A stretch of 64,000 nucleotides of DNA from an uncultured bacterium (GTDB taxonomy: Bacteria > Babelota > Babeliae > Babelales > Babelaceae). The translations under genes were made by a program, and so were the position numbers. Location of the stretch: the NCBI GenBank assembly GCA_963722385.1, contig CAVRKK010000001.1, forward strand, positions 64,001 to 128,000, given 5' to 3'. Numbering within the stretch: the stretch's first letter is position 1; every line of letters begins with the position of its first letter. A model generated the notes under the pieces. That model saw only the letters and a program-made list of their open reading frames with translations, had not been told where the DNA came from and did not search any database. Shown in pieces: positions 60,565 to 64,000 of the stretch.

Positions 60565-62370
60565 ATGAAAAAGTTAACATCGATTGCGCTTATGTTGCTT
60601 TCGCTTGCTCTCTTCGGTAGCAATTTTACCGTGGCGATGGAGCACCCAGGAGAAGAGGAAGAGGAAACTGAAGAAGGCCGCGAGCAAGAAAAGGAAAAAC
60701 CAGGACCAAGCCAAAAACAGCCAGCACCGGTTGAGCCGGGCCGTAAAGAGGCTGGACAACCTCAGAAAAAACAAAAAATAGGTGAGCGAATTCGGAAACT
60801 TCTCGAGGCTTCTCGCAAGCGCTTGCAGTTGCTTGATGATCTTTTGGCTAAGGCTGTAGCTCGTGATGATATTAAGAATGTTATTGCCTACCTTGATCTC
60901 GGAGCTCGCGTTGATACGGCGATAGTAGATGAGCTTGGAACGCCCTGCTCGCTGCTCTATGTATTACTGGGTACAAAAACACCCGAGACTATCAGTGACT
61001 TTCCTTATAATAAACTTTTGCCAGACATCGAAATACAAACTGGCTCTGAGTGGGCACAGCCAAATGCTAAAGCTATTCTTGATCAGCTTCTACAGCATGG
61101 TGCCGATGTCAACCAACCATCAGGCGAGTGGGACGAAACACCACTTTATCTTGCTACTCTTAACTTCCCCTTTCTTGTTCAAGAGCTTATTGATAATGGG
61201 GCAGATATTAATATGCCTAATGACCAAGGAATTTTGCCAATACATCTTGCAGCGATAGAGGGCAATCTTGCGTTAGCAGACTTGTTAATAGCATGGGGTG
61301 GTGATATCAATGCGGAGGCTGAGTTTGAAGAAAACGCACGTCCGTTGACGATGGTGGTCGATGAAGTAGAAGTGGGGAAAGACATGCTTCCTGTTATTTT
61401 GTGGCTTTTAAAGCATGGTGCTGACCTAAATGCAGAGAGAACATATGAAAATGTCTTGTTAGGATTCTTTCAATCGCCTTTGCTCAAGGCGTTAATTGCC
61501 AATGATGAGAAAGGCGCTCTTGAAGCGCTTGAACAATTCAAAAATGAACCAGAGCTGCTTTCCTTAGAAAGATCTTCTTTTGCTACCGCTTTAGCAATCG
61601 CGAGCGGTCGAGGCCAGGAGGCAATCGTACGGTTTATGCTCGATAATTTTAGAAGATATCTGGGTCAACCTGCACGAGCACAAGCTTTATACGCGGCTAC
61701 TATTAACAACCGCGTTGATCTTCTAAAACTTCTGTATCGCTCACTAACAACGGAATCAGCAGAATTAGTCAACCAATCATTCATCGTTGTTGCCGCTCGC
61801 CGCCGCTACCATGAGATTTTCAATTTCCTGCTTTCTGCGCCATATAGCATGCTAACACCTTTGACTCTGCAAACAGCATTTGTTCGCTGCTGCTATGCTG
61901 ATAATGTCGAAGGTGTGCAGACACTCTTTACCGAGGCGCTATCAAGCGATCCTTTTGGTCGACCTGTAGTATCGCCTGCGTGGCTACCAACAATAAATCA
62001 GGGACTTAGATTGGCGGCGCTGCGCGGCAATCGAGAAGTGGTTGAGTTTATTCTTGATCGCTACAATGAGCTCCTTTTGGATATAGACTTAAGATCTGTT
62101 GCGCGTCGACTTGAGCATATACTCCACAATAGACATATGGGTGAAGAACGAAAGTGGCGATATGCCAGCATTCTTGATCTCCTCCTACTTTATGGGCGGT
62201 CTCGCGCAATCCGTCAGCTTGTGCTTCTACCGCGCCGCCAATCCCCTCAATCAACACAGGAAGGATTAGCGGCTGGAATTTCTCGCCTTCCGAGCGAGGT
62301 CATTGACCTCATCGCTCGCAGGCTTCCGTGGAGACCATACATCAACCAGCCGTTTCCTGTTTTTGATTGA
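60565..62370 (+). CDS. Secreted ankyrin repeat protein with C-terminal F-box-like motif
   Basis: Signal peptide, LLQHGADVN..ETPLYLA and LPIHLAAIEGN repeats, terminal ISRLPSEVIDLIARRL. Confidence 0.85.
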   Translation: MKKLTSIALMLLSLALFGSNFTVAMEHPGEEEEETEEGREQEKEKPGPSQKQPAPVEPGRKEAGQPQKKQKIGERIRKLLEASRKRLQLLDDLLAKAVARDDIKNVIAYLDLGARVDTAIVDELGTPCSLLYVLLGTKTPETISDFPYNKLLPDIEIQTGSEWAQPNAKAILDQLLQHGADVNQPSGEWDETPLYLATLNFPFLVQELIDNGADINMPNDQGILPIHLAAIEGNLALADLLIAWGGDINAEAEFEENARPLTMVVDEVEVGKDMLPVILWLLKHGADLNAERTYENVLLGFFQSPLLKALIANDEKGALEALEQFKNEPELLSLERSSFATALAIASGRGQEAIVRFMLDNFRRYLGQPARAQALYAATINNRVDLLKLLYRSLTTESAELVNQSFIVVAARRRYHEIFNFLLSAPYSMLTPLTLQTAFVRCCYADNVEGVQTLFTEALSSDPFGRPVVSPAWLPTINQGLRLAALRGNREVVEFILDRYNELLLDIDLRSVARRLEHILHNRHMGEERKWRYASILDLLLLYGRSRAIRQLVLLPRRQSPQSTQEGLAAGISRLPSEVIDLIARRLPWRPYINQPFPVFD

Positions 62371-62564
62371 TGAGGCATCTATCAATTTTCTAAATATAAG
62401 TATTTTTGTTGATAAATCTTTAAAAATCGTAAAAGCGAAAGGTTTTTTTGACGCAAGCGATACTCCTATTTCTAATAATGGGTTCTGTGCAATCTTTGCC
62501 CATAAGTCTATGAAAATCAATCACTATATGGTATGATTTTCATGAACTATGATATAGGAGAATT

Positions 62565-63740
62565 ATGTATATAAAGAGAGACTTGGCCGACTTGATAGCC
62601 TCGGCAGCTCAACAGGTGCCTGTTGTAGCTGTGCTTGGTCCTCGCCAATCAGGCAAGAGTACCCTTGTAAAGGCTATTTTTAAGGATCATCTATATTTAG
62701 ATATGCAAGATGTAGAGCTTTCAGACTTTGCCAACAAGGATCCCAAGGGCTTTTTAAACACTTATAGCAACCAACACGGGATCATTCTTGATGAAGCTCA
62801 ATACGCTCCAAGCTTATTTCCTCAGATAAAGGTTGAAGCTGACAAAAACCCACGGCCGGGCTACTATATTTTATCAGGGTCTCAAAACTTTCTATTACAC
62901 GAAAATATAAGTGAATCACTTGCTGGCAGGGCATATTTTTATACTTTACTCCCTCTTTCTATACAAGAACTGAAAGAAGCTCATATGCTTCTTAAGCGTC
63001 CAGAAGAACAAATTTTCAAGGGCTTTTATCCCCGTGTTTATCAGCTTCCTATAAATGCCCATGATTATTATGAAAGCTATATTTTAACGTATGTTGAGAG
63101 AGACATAAGAACGATAAGAAATATTGACAACATTTTGATTTTTAAAAAATTTATGCAACTATGCGCTTTGCGGGTTGGGACTACGCTCAACATGACCGAT
63201 CTAGCGGTGAGTTGCGGCATCACTGTCAATACCGTCAAAAGCTGGCTTGCACTGCTCGAAGCAAGTTTTATCTTGTTTTTGCTTCCTCCCTACCATGAGA
63301 ACCTTGGAAAGCGCATTACCAAATCGCCCAAGCTCTACTTTTATGATGTAGGGCTTGCTTCAGCCCTTATGGGAGTAGATGAAGAAACGATCATAAAAAA
63401 TCGGGCCCTCTACGGTATGCTTTTTGAAAATATGATCGTTGTAGATCTGGTTAAAAACTGTACGAATAGAGGTTCGCGCTGCGCCTTAACGTTTTTCCGT
63501 GACAGCAATAAGAATGAGATAGATCTCATTATAGAAACGCGAGGGAAAATAGTTCCGATAGAGATAAAAGCATCCGAGACCATGAGCAGTAAGTTTTTTA
63601 ATACTTTAGTGTGGTTCCAGGAGCAAACGAAAAGTAGTGAAAGTCCTACCGTTATTTACGCAGGCAACCAAATACAAAAGCGATCTAAGGGCAGAGTAAT
63701 GCCCTGGAATCAAACCGAAGACTTACTAAAATTCCTCTGA
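62565..63740 (+). CDS. AAA_14 ATPase + DUF4143 protein
   Basis: GPRQSGKST, ILDEAQ, ESLAGR, KSPKLYFYDVGL, EIDLI..PIEIK. Confidence 0.9.
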   Translation: MYIKRDLADLIASAAQQVPVVAVLGPRQSGKSTLVKAIFKDHLYLDMQDVELSDFANKDPKGFLNTYSNQHGIILDEAQYAPSLFPQIKVEADKNPRPGYYILSGSQNFLLHENISESLAGRAYFYTLLPLSIQELKEAHMLLKRPEEQIFKGFYPRVYQLPINAHDYYESYILTYVERDIRTIRNIDNILIFKKFMQLCALRVGTTLNMTDLAVSCGITVNTVKSWLALLEASFILFLLPPYHENLGKRITKSPKLYFYDVGLASALMGVDEETIIKNRALYGMLFENMIVVDLVKNCTNRGSRCALTFFRDSNKNEIDLIIETRGKIVPIEIKASETMSSKFFNTLVWFQEQTKSSESPTVIYAGNQIQKRSKGRVMPWNQTEDLLKFL

Positions 63741-64000
63741 TAAAAGAAAGTGTTTTTTACAAGAAAATTTTAGCCCTGATAAAAATTTAGAAAAGCATAA
63801 TATTTTAATTTGTAAATTAAACCGCCAAGCCCGTAAATTGATTAAAAAAATCAATCAAGGCAAAAACTCGAGCAAGCGCTAGCAAAATATCGACAAACAA
63901 TTTTTTCTTTCATTCTAGGGCATTCTTGCGACACTTTTTTTATTTCTCATAGAAGCAATATTAACTAAATTTTTATACTTTTAATAAAATAGAGCTCGGC

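Noticed and set aside
788..62536. Many 60-150 aa ORFs antisense to or nested in the called genes
   Set aside because: They overlap well-supported genes and have no motifs or RBS.

Overview
A 64-kb bacterial chromosomal segment. The many Sec-signal-bearing ankyrin and hypothetical proteins, the archaeal/eukaryote-type ProRS and the gene content suggest an intracellular parasite of protists, most likely Candidatus Dependentiae/Babelota (TM6); this is inference only. The housekeeping genes are intact (pepA, ftsW, murD, ileS, rplI, dnaB, ruvC, recF, dnaN, proS, thrS). They are interleaved with putative secreted effectors, several pseudogenes, an MNT-HEPN toxin-antitoxin pair inside a decayed parA module, a yhcG-type nuclease, and one complete IS1202-like element with a 17-bp target duplication. 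The most notable unannotated signals are: (1) a three-copy, hairpin-rich, dyad-symmetric intergenic element with compensatory base changes and variable spacers, located where local G/C skew appears to flip; (2) a candidate ~125-nt sRNA with promoter, terminator and an anti-RBS seed matching a 5' UTR 16 kb away; (3) a Thr-rich leader peptide plus terminator upstream of thrS; (4) eukaryote-like motifs on exported proteins (C-terminal F-box-like, CaaX, KEEL, J domain); (5) a Cys1-less Hint protein; (6) an RNase HII and a catalase with altered key residues. No rRNA, tRNA or CRISPR array was seen.
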